Shown here: positions 27,701 through 38,274 of the stretch, piece by piece | How the letters are laid out: every line of letters starts with the position of its first letter | How positions within the stretch are numbered: position 1 is the first letter of the stretch | Source of the DNA: Callorhinchus milii | Taxonomy: Eukaryota | Assembly (NCBI RefSeq): GCF_018977255.1 | Contig: NW_024704742.1 | Location: forward strand, 87,236,001 to 87,300,000 | Direction of reading: 5' to 3' | Length of the DNA stretch: 64,000 bases | Made by a program: the position numbers and the translations under genes | The notes under the pieces: generated by a model | Seen by the model: only the letters and a program-made list of their open reading frames with translations | What the model was told of the DNA's origin: nothing | Databases searched by the model: none

Positions 27701-30700
27701 TGAAATTGAAAAATTACATTAATTGTATAAAAAAGAAACATTCAATAAAGTGTTTAATGTCCAGTTTAAAATGATAAAATCAAATGAACTTGCAGGCAGG
27801 CAAAGCAGCCCAGTTTCCCTGAAACTAAAAGCAAATTTTATCACTAGAAATCATAATTTGGTGACACTGACATGTGCTGATGTGACAGATGTTGTTGAAG
27901 AGCAGACATTAAATGAAAAGTATTTTTATTTTCCGAAGAATAATGACACGTCCACTTGATGGAATGAAATGCTAGGGGGAAATAAAACAATGATAACTGA
28001 ACTCATTTTGTTAATGTCCAAACCTTTCTACCTGAACTGACATGATACTGCCCTGGCACGTCATTCCCTGTCGACAGCGAAAGACCTGTCAGATCTTTAC
28101 AATGCTTACTCATCCGAGATACAACATGGCCAAAGGCTCTAATGACTGCCTGATATGTATTGATTTTTCCCCAAAAGCTTAATAGTTTTCCTATTTTGTG
28201 AAATAGGATTTGCAAGCTGTGGGAACCAAATCAATGTTCTTTATTTTAAGGGAAATTACCATAGCACGACAATTACTCAGGGTTGAATTGCAACTTGCCA
28301 ATCTTCCATGTGAGGAATAACTAAGTTGCTAATAAAATCTCAAAATGTATTTCTTGCTTAACAAGAAACTTGACCTTTAGTATTGCTGGGATAGATTAAC
28401 CCCTCCTTCGCTTCCATCCCTCACAATAAAACAATATAAAAACAATCTTGTAATTTTATCGGTTGGTGGACAAGGCTCAACACAAGCTATGATCCCCCCC
28501 CCCCCCCCCAGTAATGCTAAAGGTTCTATTTCTTTAACTATTTCAGGCTATCAGAAGAGCAAATGGCATTTTGAGAAGGGGTGGTGAAATAGACGAGAAA
28601 AGCAATGCCATTGACTGGTTGCGTTCTCTGCAGGTCCAGTAAAACAAAGCATTACTGGAGATCCCAAAACAGGTGTTTCGTACTGTTTAATGACAGGCGG
28701 GTGGCAAGTGACCAGCCTGAGAAATGCAAAACAAAACCTTTTTTTTAAAAAAATGAAATAGTTGCCAGTATTTATATCACTTTATCAGTTTATTCCAGCT
28801 TGTCCCTTCTCCCCTCATGTTCTCCCCTCTCCAATTGTTATCCTGCCCACCTTAGTCGAATGGAGGTTTGATCTGATCTGCTGAAATTTTCAGAAGTGCA
28901 ATCAAATCCTTTAATCAATCTGCCACGGGTTGAAATTGAGTGACAAAGAATGGGATCCCTCCCAACATGGTTTGCTCTCACTTCCCCAGATGTGACAGCC
29001 AGGACTGTCACACATGCACTCAATGGAAGTCCAAGTCCAATACATGTTGAGAAGATGATTCAAACTCTGGTCTCCTCCTAGCTGATCGTTCAATACTCGT
29101 AATGCAGCACTTTTACTTTAGACACTTTCCTTTGGTCTATAGAGCACTTTCATTTTACCTATCTTCAATTACTTTTCTCTAGGACATACTGTGTCTATTC
29201 TCACTCTATATCCCTGAGAACTCCTTCTAGTGATAGATCTGCTGGCTTGCAGTTAAGTAGAGATGTTACATTTCTACCAAATTTTGACTAAGTTAAAGAA
29301 AGTATTTATTTATTTTGTACGGCACAAGTTCAGGAGTCTGCTGGAAACTTTTGTGACAATTTAAATAATGCAGCAAAATAAATCAATTATTAATGTAATG
29401 AACTGGACCCGAAAGAAAGAGATGGACAGATAGACTGGGTGTGTAGCCAAGAATTCAGAAGACCATAGTATTCGATAATTGTCTCTGAGCTCTATTGGCT
29501 CCAAACGCTTAACAAAAATCATACTTAATAATAGTTACATAAGAGGTTCACACAACACAATCAGGGAATGCAGAAACTTCTTAAATGAGCAATTCAATAG
29601 CAAGTAAGTAATTCTGATGTTCAGAGCAATGATTTAATTGTTACATACATAATATTAGAAACTTGATAATTTAATCCTTTCCACAGTTGTACCCTGAAGT
29701 TAACAACTGTGAAAGGGAAATGCTTTACTCAACAACAACTTGCATTTATACAGCGCTCTTCCAGCAGGTAGAATCTCAGAGAGCTTAAAGTATTGCTAAA
29801 GTGAAATGCATCTAACACTGAGTTGGTCCATCCAAGCTTCAACAGAAGTTGAGGTGCTAGAATTAGCATTAGCACCCTTGGGTTGTGGAAGTGAAAAATA
29901 AGCAGAATTCCTATTTCAGATCGCTTTCCAACAGCACCTCCGGGAAAATGTACACATCCGGATGGTACACATCCAGATATGGCTTAGCTGCGATGTGTTC
30001 CACAATCACATAGGCTCCTAACAACTCGCTGTCCTAGGCTCTCGCAGGAGGAATGGACACTTAAGCGAGGTATCAGAAGTCAGCTCGTATCTACAGAACC
30101 ACATCTTTGTATGAGTCAACATTCTCAGAACAGGAAGGGTATAATGTGGAAGGGAGAAATTTTGGCAAAACATACTGGTGAACACAAAACTTAGCAGTAA
30201 ACCTCCAATTTGTTTAGTATATCCTTGATTCTAAGCTCCATTACCTGGGTCGGCCAATCCAGTAGTTTCTAGTAGAATGTAGTCAAACTTGCCCTTTTTC
30301 TGCATGAGGTTTTCGATGGCTTTCAGACCATTGTCTCTACATGGAATAACAAAACATTCATATGACATCGGCCAATATTGTCCTGGCTGAAGAGAAAATG
30401 TGAATGCTGCTATATTAATGCAATAAAGGAAACTATACAACACTGTCATACAATGGATGCAACTATACATTATTTAGATCAGGTCGCCACACACAGTTTC
30501 ATATTTCATAATCTAACCTCTTATTTTGGTTGCTCCAATAAAGTTTTAGTTCAGTAAAAACTTTACAAGTCAAAGTAGTACATACATCTGATATGACACA
30601 GAATTCCATGATATATAGTTATAAATCAACTGTTAAAAAGTTCAATTATTAGGAAAAAGCAGTCAAAAGAACAACAACAACTTGCATTTAAACAGCGCCC

Positions 30701-33037
30701 TTCACACGGGACTGTATCTCAGAGAGCTTAACATCCGTAGTAGCTGAAAAAGGTAATCTGCAATTCAATATATCAGGTGCACACAGCAGATCAGATCAAA
30801 TTAATAATCTTACTTTACTGAGCAACAGAGGCACCCATTCCGTAGCTCCAGCCACTCCTCGTAAAGTTCTCCTGCGTGGCTCACTGCCAAAGACTTTTCC
30901 AGTGCACTCCCTGGGACACAATACCATTGTTACTCTGTGGAGCCCACAAAGTGGACTAGGATAAACCAAGTTATTAAGATAACACAAACCTTTTTTTAAA
31001 CATTATAAAATGATCTGTGACAATTGGTTTATAGTTCAGAATTGCCCTATTTTGTGAGGGGCCCTATACCCAAAGATCAAAGGCCACTGACCGTTTGCTT
31101 TCCTTCTATTCCACAACAAATTAGGGAGTTTGTAACCAGGGGATACAAATATAAACTAGTGACTTGGGGATCAAAAAGAGAATTTAGGAGGAATTGCTTC
31201 ACAGAGTGCAGTGAGATTGTGGAACTCGCTGCCTGAAGCTGTGGTTGAATCAGATACGTTCAAGAGGAAGCTAGACCTTCATATGAGGGAGAGGGGAATA
31301 GAAGGGTATGGGAGGGAGTAAAGAGTGGGTGAAGAATCGTGTTTAGTATAAACACCAGCACAGACTAGTTGGGTTGAGTGGCCTGTTTCCATGCTGTACA
31401 TTCTTTATAAACCTTCTTTCAGCCTCACATCATATCTATATTGCCTTACTAGAATAATGCCGTAACATGAGACATTAGTCAACATCTCCTCACGGATTAC
31501 TCATAGATATATTTAAGATTAGTAATGTATATTATTATTATTAGCAGTAATGTATAACACGATTAGTTGGTATCAGTACCCTTTAAAGCTTTACCTTGAT
31601 ACATTTGCTCTTTCTGATAGTGTCTGTCTTATAAGTTCAAGAGCATCTCTTACCTTCACCAAACTCGTTGAGAATTACTGCAATCCTTTTATTGTGTTGT
31701 TCCGTCAGAATATAATTCAGAAGTGTTGTTTTACCAGCACCTGCCAAAGAAAGAGAAAACGTACACTTTTAAATGTAAACCATGCACATTATCAGAAATA
31801 TTGCTTTTAAATAGGGAAGAACAACAGTAATAATCTTGTTCTAACAGGATGGCAGGCATGTCCTTTTGTTAAAGACTCATTTCTGGTAATGAATCTTGGC
31901 TGACATTCCAATATAGCTCTGGGAGAGCAATGCATTGTCGAAGTTACCGTCCTTCGGATGAGAGGTTAAATCAAGGTTCTGTCTGCCTGTTCAAGTGGAT
32001 GTTAAAGATCTCATGGCATTGTTCAAAGAGAGAAGGGAATTTCTTGGGGGGCTCTCTTTGGAGCTGAACTGGCTCCAAGGTGATATGTCTGGCAAAGGAA
32101 TGCCGGAATCAGCCAACCCCCCGAGCCAGGCACATTCCATTCCAACAATCTCCATGTGTAGGTGGGATGCATGGAATTCTCAATTTGGTTTGGATACTCT
32201 TAAAACATAGTGATGGGTTTCCACAGGTGTTAAAGGCACCTGGCTGACCTCCCAAAAATTCACTCTCTACTATCTACTGTATAGATTTTTAAAACACTAC
32301 CACTTTTGCTCCCACCTCTCCCTCAACTCCGTGCTCGAGCTCCTCCAGGTTGGCTTCCGTACCACTCACAGCACCGAGAATTCCTAGTCAAAATCAGTAT
32401 CAATGTACTCTCTCTCACTTTGACCAGGGCTCCTTCTGCCTCTTCACCTGCTGCCTTTCACACTTTATCTTCCTTAACTGCCTTTCTTCTCTTATCTACC
32501 TCTGGGGGCTGAACTTTCTAGGTTCCAATGGAGGAACCGAAGTGGAGGCAATGGGTCAAGTAGGATTCACACTCACATGGTCTCCTGCAGGTTCAATACC
32601 TCAAGGCTCTATCCTGGGTTTCCCCCCTTTTCTACTCATCTACACAACTTCATCCCCCCTCTCTCTCTGTAAAGCACATTACCTTATGCGCAGAACACAA
32701 TATGAATGCAAGTTATTTTTGTTACCATCCTTTGTTTCAGCAAAGTACAATTCCAATATATTGTTCTAAAGTGCCTGGTGAATTATTATTTTTAATTAAA
32801 CAAATGACATTTAGGTATTTCTAATTCTTTGATGTTATTGGACTCCGATTTTAACTCAATTTTGGTAATGCAGTGCTTGTACATTTGAACCATCCCATCA
32901 ATATACATATTTTACTTGCCTAAATATCCGGTTATGATGGTAACTGGAATCTGTACACTCTGGGAATTATAATCTGTCTCGATTGGAACCAACTCAGGGC
33001 ATTCTTCTTCATCTTCTTCTTCACGGACATCTGCCAT
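633..33037 (-). CDS. ZNG1 (CBWD): Zn-regulated GTPase metalloprotein activator 1 (ZNG1/CBWD, COG0523 CobW-family), spliced CDS of 15 exons, 372 aa
   Basis: Exons join in frame (118+87+97+92+60+38+47+87+45+57+52+69+66+130+74 = 1119 nt). The protein is colinear with vertebrate CBWD1 as I recall it: CPELVPI, G1 GYLGAGKT, GCLCC, G3 ETTG, G4 NKTD, CobW-C domain. Lies next to DOCK8, as in human. Confidence 0.97.
2113..2242 (-). CDS. ZNG1 (CBWD): ZNG1 coding exon 14 ([44 protein letters not shown])
   Basis: tttcccag / gtaac, 130 nt; lies inside ORF-track 2003..2293. Confidence 0.97.
2723..3032 (-). mobile_element. tRNA-derived SINE, young short subtype
   Basis: Head GTGGAGTCCTGTAGCTCAGTGG (A box) and GTTCAATTCC (B box); (TTA)n tail; aaacat on both flanks (possible TSD). 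Confidence 0.95.
3122..3187 (-). CDS. ZNG1 (CBWD): ZNG1 coding exon 13 ([22 protein letters not shown])
   Basis: ctttcag / gtatg, 66 nt. Confidence 0.96.
3965..4175. repeat. Imperfect inverted repeat, ~93-nt arms and 23-nt spacer
   Basis: ttttttggtcagctgggtgtctgac..catcctacctac is complementary to gtaggtgggatg..gtcagacacccgactgaccaaaaaa. Confidence 0.9.
4226..4589 (-). mobile_element. tRNA-derived SINE, long subtype
   Basis: Same head and tail plus internal cagcagtaagtaggaaccc segment. Confidence 0.9.
5653..5721 (-). CDS. ZNG1 (CBWD): ZNG1 coding exon 12 ([23 protein letters not shown])
   Basis: tttattgcag / gtatg, 69 nt. Confidence 0.93.
8687..8738 (-). CDS. ZNG1 (CBWD): ZNG1 coding exon 11 ([17 protein letters not shown])
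   Basis: tttgtttag / gtaaat, 52 nt, conserved PHLD. Confidence 0.92.
11286..11342 (-). CDS. ZNG1 (CBWD): ZNG1 coding exon 10 ([19 protein letters not shown])
   Basis: ctttcag / gtatg, 57 nt. Confidence 0.95.
11941..12317 (+). mobile_element. tRNA-derived SINE, long subtype
   Basis: gtggagtcctg..ttattattatt. Confidence 0.92.
14080..15210 (+). mobile_element. CR1-clade LINE, 5'-truncated (RT C-terminus plus 3' UTR), broken frame
   Basis: [49 protein letters not shown]; 3' end ggccgaatggcctactcctgctcct. Confidence 0.95.
16182..16226 (-). CDS. ZNG1 (CBWD): ZNG1 coding exon 9 ([15 protein letters not shown])
   Basis: ttttag / gtgagc, 45 nt. Confidence 0.96.
16943..17029 (-). CDS. ZNG1 (CBWD): ZNG1 coding exon 8 ([29 protein letters not shown])
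   Basis: tgtttag / gtaagg, 87 nt, G4 NKTD. Confidence 0.96.
17608..17670. repeat. 11-bp tandem repeat (GAACATAGATT), about 6 units
   Basis: Direct reading; two units are shortened to GAACATAGT. Confidence 0.9.
17700..17865. repeat. Degenerate ~35-bp minisatellite (TCAGGTTAAGATCCTGAGCCAAGG.. core), about 4 units
   Basis: Recurring tcaggtt..gatc(c/t)tgagcca motif. Confidence 0.7.
18106..18152 (-). CDS. ZNG1 (CBWD): ZNG1 coding exon 7 ([16 protein letters not shown])
   Basis: ttctacag / gtata, 47 nt. Confidence 0.96.
18250..18660 (-). mobile_element. Decayed CR1 ORF2 fragment
   Basis: [14 protein letters not shown]....VVG..L..SQH remnant. Confidence 0.7.
18805..19396 (+). mobile_element. Non-autonomous Helitron-like element
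   Basis: A|TCTTCTATAT 5' end; subterminal hairpin gttgcga..ttgcaac then gggtacagCTAG|T; second copy at 61548. Confidence 0.75.
20320..20680 (-). mobile_element. tRNA-derived SINE
   Basis: Family match to other copies in the window. Confidence 0.88.
22030..22500 (-). mobile_element. L2 LINE 3' end
   Basis: HISAVLA..HW.P..I.F.IL.L.FK.L..LA..Y; GGRAF...[15 protein letters not shown]. Confidence 0.9.
24183..24220 (-). CDS. ZNG1 (CBWD): ZNG1 coding exon 6 ([13 protein letters not shown])
   Basis: cctcctcag / gtaaaa, 38 nt. Confidence 0.95.
26652..26711 (-). CDS. ZNG1 (CBWD): ZNG1 coding exon 5 ([21 protein letters not shown])
   Basis: cccaaag / gtaag, 60 nt. Confidence 0.96.
30245..30336 (-). 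CDS. ZNG1 (CBWD): ZNG1 coding exon 4 ([31 protein letters not shown])
   Basis: tgtag / gtaa, 92 nt; lies inside ORF-track 30231..30470. Confidence 0.97.
30814..30910 (-). CDS. ZNG1 (CBWD): ZNG1 coding exon 3 ([33 protein letters not shown])
   Basis: cccag / gtaaga, 97 nt, CxCC zinc motif. Confidence 0.97.
31110..31410 (+). mobile_element. CR1 LINE 3' end
   Basis: [14 protein letters not shown] remnant plus CR1-type 3' UTR. Confidence 0.8.
31654..31740 (-). CDS. ZNG1 (CBWD): ZNG1 coding exon 2 ([30 protein letters not shown])
   Basis: tttggcag acceptor, gtaaga donor, 87 nt, Walker A. Confidence 0.97.
32920..33037 (-). CDS. ZNG1 (CBWD): ZNG1 coding exon 1 ([40 protein letters not shown])
   Basis: ATG at 33037, preceded by 5 nt of UTR and the acceptor tttcttgtctgtag (exon starts 33042); ends TTA G|gcaagt (GC donor). 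Confidence 0.93.
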
Positions 33038-34134
33038 CTCTCCTACAGACAAGAAACAGGAGTCAATCCCCCAAAACAGCTAAAATTACATAGAGGTATT
33101 TTAGCGCAAATATAGGGCAATACAGCAATTTAAATTCGGGAAGTCACCTCAGAGGACTTCAGACAGTTAACCGTGAGAGAACTGGTGTATTTGAGGGAAT
33201 CAAGGAAAGGTGACTAAAAGCTACACAAATTCTAAAAATGCAACCTTTTCAGTCATAACGCCACTTGTGACATAGCATATTCTTTCACAAAGAATAGTGT
33301 GATGAATTTTAAATCAAAGTTTGAATGGCAAAGTCCACAAATGTATCTGCAAAATACAGTCACTACACTTTACAGTATATCCTGGGAAGTGCTTTGAAAT
33401 GTCCTTCTGACATGAAGGGTGCTATATCAAAAGTGAGGATTATTATTTATTATTAATTCTGAACAAGATAATGCAAGCCCTATTGGATAGCCAGTAGCTT
33501 TTTACCAATCTCATACAACAGATGTAATGTCTAACATTGTCAAAAAATTGCAACAATATAAGTGAAAACTAATTTAAGTTCTCAACTATCTTGGAACTTT
33601 GTGATGTAAGTTTTCTTCATATTATGCAGATGGAAATAGTTTTCTAAAATGCACATTCTGATAACAGTGGCAAAGTAATAAATCATTCAGGAGGGCTTCT
33701 TCTGGGAGACACTGCATGTCATTTACAGTATGGGAACAAAATAAATCCATCATCGCAAAATATTTCCCTTGATGACGTGCTTTCGAATTCATTTTGCACT
33801 TATGTCGATATCTGGCAATTTGTGTGACTAGATTTATAACTACAATTATCCATTATTTAGGTCATTTCAATGCTTACAAGAGAGTAAACTGCGAAACTGT
33901 GAAAAAAATATTAAGAAACATTCTTTCAATTATTATTATTATTTATTTGCTGAACGATCTACTGAGAGAACTCTAAACCATGAACAATATACACTTTGGT
34001 TAGGCTTCCTACTGCAATGTCAGCTTGGACTGTGAGTTCAAAGCCCCTATGTGGAGCTTGAACTGACAACCTTCTGTCTCAGCGGTGTGAATGATACCAA
34101 TTGTGCCACCCTACTGAGCCAGGCTGATACCCTG

Positions 34135-34465
34135 ATAATAATAATAATAATAATAATAATCCTTGCATTTGATATAGCGCTTTTCACGTCGGGAGGACGT
34201 CCTAAAGCGCTTCACAGAACACACTGTAAAGTAAATTGACTGTATATTTGTGGGCGAACGCGGAAGCCAATTGCGCACAGCAATGTCCCACAAACAGTCG
34301 TAGATTGAAAATGACCAATTTATTATTGTTTTGGTTTTGGAGGGATTATTATTAGGCTCTGTGTGGAGTAAGGAAACTTGCCCAAGGTTTCGCCCTGCCT
34401 GGAATTGAACTCAGGTCTTTCGCTTGCAAAGCGAGTGCTCTAACCACTGAGCTACAGGACTCCAC
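34135..34465 (-). mobile_element. tRNA-derived SINE, young short subtype
   Basis: Near-identical to 2723-3032. Confidence 0.95.
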
Positions 34466-36199
34466 AGTACTGTACATAATTTGTTTCAATAGGACTAACT
34501 GATAAGGATATCAAATGCAAGGATTATTATTATTACTTCCACGTTCCAGATTTTCCAGAACAGAGCTACAGGACTCCACTGATACTATATTATTAATAAT
34601 AATAAGAATATGGCATCAGTCTGGCTCAGCTGGTACCACTCTCATCTCATTGGTTCAAGCCCCATGTGATGACTTTGAATTTACTCAGTCTTGGATGATG
34701 CTCCAATACAGTGCCGTAGTATCGCTGCATTGTCAGAGGTGCCATCCTTCAGATGAGACATTAACCCAAGGTCCTGTCTGCATGTTCAGGTGGTCGTTAA
34801 AGATCCCATGGCACTTGGGATCTTTAGGAGAAGGAAGTTTTTCCCGGTACCCTGGCCAACAATCACCCAAATAAAATTGATCATTCACTTAATGCCTGTC
34901 TGTACAACATTGCTGTGCACAAATTGGCTGCTGTATTCGCGTACAAATAGTTACTACACTTAACAGTAAGTAGCACTTTGAAACATCCACTTGGCATGAA
35001 AGGAGCTATATCAAATGTAAAGATTATTATTAGTATTTTTAAGAGATGTGGTACATCTTTACATCAATAAAGAGCATGTTCCAAAGTCTTCAATGCAGAG
35101 AAACCGATGCTGTATTTATCTTGCAGCAATGCTACTAATGCACTCCCATAAATTAAAAGAAGCTGTTGTCTCAGTACATTCAAATGATCAGTATAGTTGT
35201 GCAGACCAGTAATGTTGTTTGTGCGTCATTGGACTGCAGAGATCTCCTCCATCCACAGCAGAAAAAACAATGGTCAATTGCAAATGTGATTCTCTAACAA
35301 CTAAAAATCTCATACACGTACAGTTGGGTGCTGCTGTCAATGCAGTGAAATCCACCTTGCAGTACAAATGGGGTGCTTTGAACAGCACTTAAGGATTCAT
35401 TTGATTATAGCATCTACGACGTCAAAATCTCTCAAAGTACTTTACAGGTAATTATTGTAATATGTAATGGTAGTGCATCTGAAAGCAGATGCATCAGCAA
35501 CATCACACATTTATGTAAATGACCAATTTATCTGGAGGATTATTGACCAGAACACTGCTGGAGAAACTACTCTCTCTTCAAATAGCGCTGGGGGTTTTAA
35601 CATCCACTGAAAAGGCAGACATCTCATCCAAAGGACAGCACCTCCAACACTGCGTTCCACCAACACTGCAGTAGAGTGACAGCTGGACTGCGAGTTCAAA
35701 GCTCTGAGAAAAAAGCTCGAATCCACAAACACAACAAATAATGCATTGGGGCACTGAGCGGAGTCTCCGATGGAATGTAAGAAGGGCCGAGGAAGTAACA
35801 CATTGGCATGAGATGGGCAAATTTGTTCTTTTTTTAAAAAATAAAACAGCAATGACAAAAACGAGAAGACTTCTTGCAATGACCTAATGCGTTAACGCCA
35901 ATTCTGATGCCAAGTCAAAAGACAACTTCCCCGATTGAATTATTAATATTGACTTCATATCGACTCACTGCCTTAAGATCAGACTGTGCAATAACATCAA
36001 AGGTAACTGTTTGAAGATGGGCGAACAGATACGATTTGTAAAACACGGCGCGAATCTGCAACAACGGAGCTTTTGAGATCTTTACATACGAAAGACTTTT
36101 AACATATTCAGATCCAAGTTCGCCGACGTTGCTCTACTCCGGGAACCGTGGTTTGGGGTTTATTTTTTTATTTACACATATATATATATATATATAAAT

Positions 36200-37160
36200 A
36201 GGCTGTGTTTTTGTGTGCGCGGAGCTGCTGCAAACTTATCCCCCCCTCCTCCAAAAAACATTATTGCTGTCCATTTCCAACAAGAAATTTGTTGAGGAGG
36301 AGGAGGAGGCGTTTCCTGCATCTTCCTCCCTCCACCTCTGACCCGAGCCTTCCGCCCCCCCCACAAACACCTCCCAACACGTCCATCCCGGCAATTCCCA
36401 GAGAGAGAGGGAATAACCCCCAGAGAGCAGCTCCCGGGGGGGGGGAGGACAACCGCCTCACAAACCGTCCCTGAAACCGCGCACACCCGACCCACCCCAT
36501 ACCTGCCCGGTCCGCCCTCTTAAATAAATAAACACAGCCCCGGGGGAGAGGGGGGGAACTGGGGGGGGGTTCACCGCCGGGAAGTGAGAGTAAAAGCCGA
36601 CAACGCAGACAACACGAGGCGGCGGCGCTGAGAGCGGCGGCGAGGCCTCGGCCCTCAGGCCCTCAGTGCTGCGGCCTCGCGCTCACACTGCACACAGCGC
36701 CCGCCCGCGCGGTCTCACTCACTCACTCAGTCAGTCAGTGCACCACCACAGCCCCTCAGCAGCAGCAGCAGCAGCAGTAGGACCTCGAAGGGCAGACCAG
36801 TCACTGGGGGTCATCCCACTCAGCTCCTGCAAACCCTCTCCCTGGGCTGAGGGTGGACCTGACCAGACAGGCGGCAGCACCAGCACCAGCACCAGGCAAA
36901 GCCTTGTGGTGTAAAGCTGGTTGCACCGCCCCCGCCGCTTCCCCGAGCCCTGGCTCCTGCCAACCCGCGCCTCGTACTTTCTGGAATTGGGAAAGCGGGT
37001 GGTGTCCCTCCCGGGAGGGAGTGCGCATTCCAGTCCAACAACCTCTCTCTGGGATTTCCGGGTGTCGGTGGGACGCGCGGGAATTCTCAGTTTGGTGTGG
37101 ATACTCTAAAGCGTAGTGATGGGTTTCCGCATGTGTCAGACACCCGAGTGACCCCAAAAA
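36200..37160. promoter_or_regulatory. CpG island, probable ZNG1 promoter and non-coding first exon
   Basis: Abrupt GC/CpG-rich block 3-4 kb upstream of the ATG exon; candidate - strand donor CAG|gtatgg at 36503; ETS-like GGAAGT near 36580. Confidence 0.75.
36805..37160. mobile_element. Unclassified ~360-bp interspersed repeat
   Basis: Homologous to 43895-44270, 32043-32258 and both arms of 3965-4175. Confidence 0.7.
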
Positions 37161-38274
37161 TGAGTGAATGAGTGGGTAGGTCAGTCGGTCAATGTTGACA
37201 CTGAACCATCAGTGAGTAATGGCACAGTGGACAAATTGGCCTTTTTTTTTGTTTCCCTCCTATGAAGATCTTAAATAGTTTCCAAAGCGCTGACCTAAAT
37301 CGGCCACCGGTTATACCCATACTCGGCAACACGTAATTCTGGGCTGGCATTTTGGGCTACAAATGGATTTTAATTTCTGGCAACCCAGCCTGGAACCAGT
37401 GTTGCCAGAAATTAAATTACGTTTGTAGCCAAAGTCAACCAAATACCAGCTCAAAAGCAGCCCAACGATTATGTTGGCTAACAAGCTCAAAAGAAGCCCA
37501 ATAAACATGGTGTTTTCAGTTTCTTACTATAGAGCATCTTACTATATAAGGAAAAATTTGCAGGTGTATGGGGGAAAGAGTGGGTGAGGGGGACTGATTG
37601 GGTAGCTCTTCCAAAGAGCCGGCACAGGCATGATGGGGCCGATTGGCTTCCTTCTATGCTGTAATATATTATGATTCTTAGAGCACATGCGCAGCTCGCT
37701 GGAGACCATTAATAAGCTAAATTCTTACATCCTTGCTGAGCTTGAGGTAAAGCTGTCATACTTGCTGTCATTGGAATAAAAGGACTGAGAATCAGAGGTA
37801 GAGAGAGATAGGCCAACCTTGATTATTTTATATTTTAGGTTTAAAACAGCAACAAATGTCCATCGACCCATCCTCTCCCAGTGGACCATCCACCTGAATT
37901 TTTGTTTCTCTTCAGCTGCACGCAGCCTCCGTTGTGGATTTCAGGTGCTGCTCCAGGAGCTCCACGCCCCTGAATATACCGAAATGTGATACCTGCACAA
38001 TGATAAAAAAAAGCCCAAAAATTAGGCACCCACTCAAAGCTGTTTTTACACAGATATATTGTAAAGTGGATTAACTGTGTATTTTGTGGGCGAAATGCAG
38101 CAGACAATTACATACAGCAATGTCCCACAAACAGTCATGGATTGAGTGACCACATTTTTTTAAGGGACTATTAGTCCTGGAAAAGCAATCTGCAATCGAC
38201 TAACAACCAGATTCCTACTTACTGCTAGGTAAACACGACATCTAACATAACAAATACTGGAGTTAGTCATAATC

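Noticed and set aside
36172..37157. Several overlapping ORFs in the CpG island
   Set aside because: Low-complexity, GC-driven open frames with no recognisable domain.
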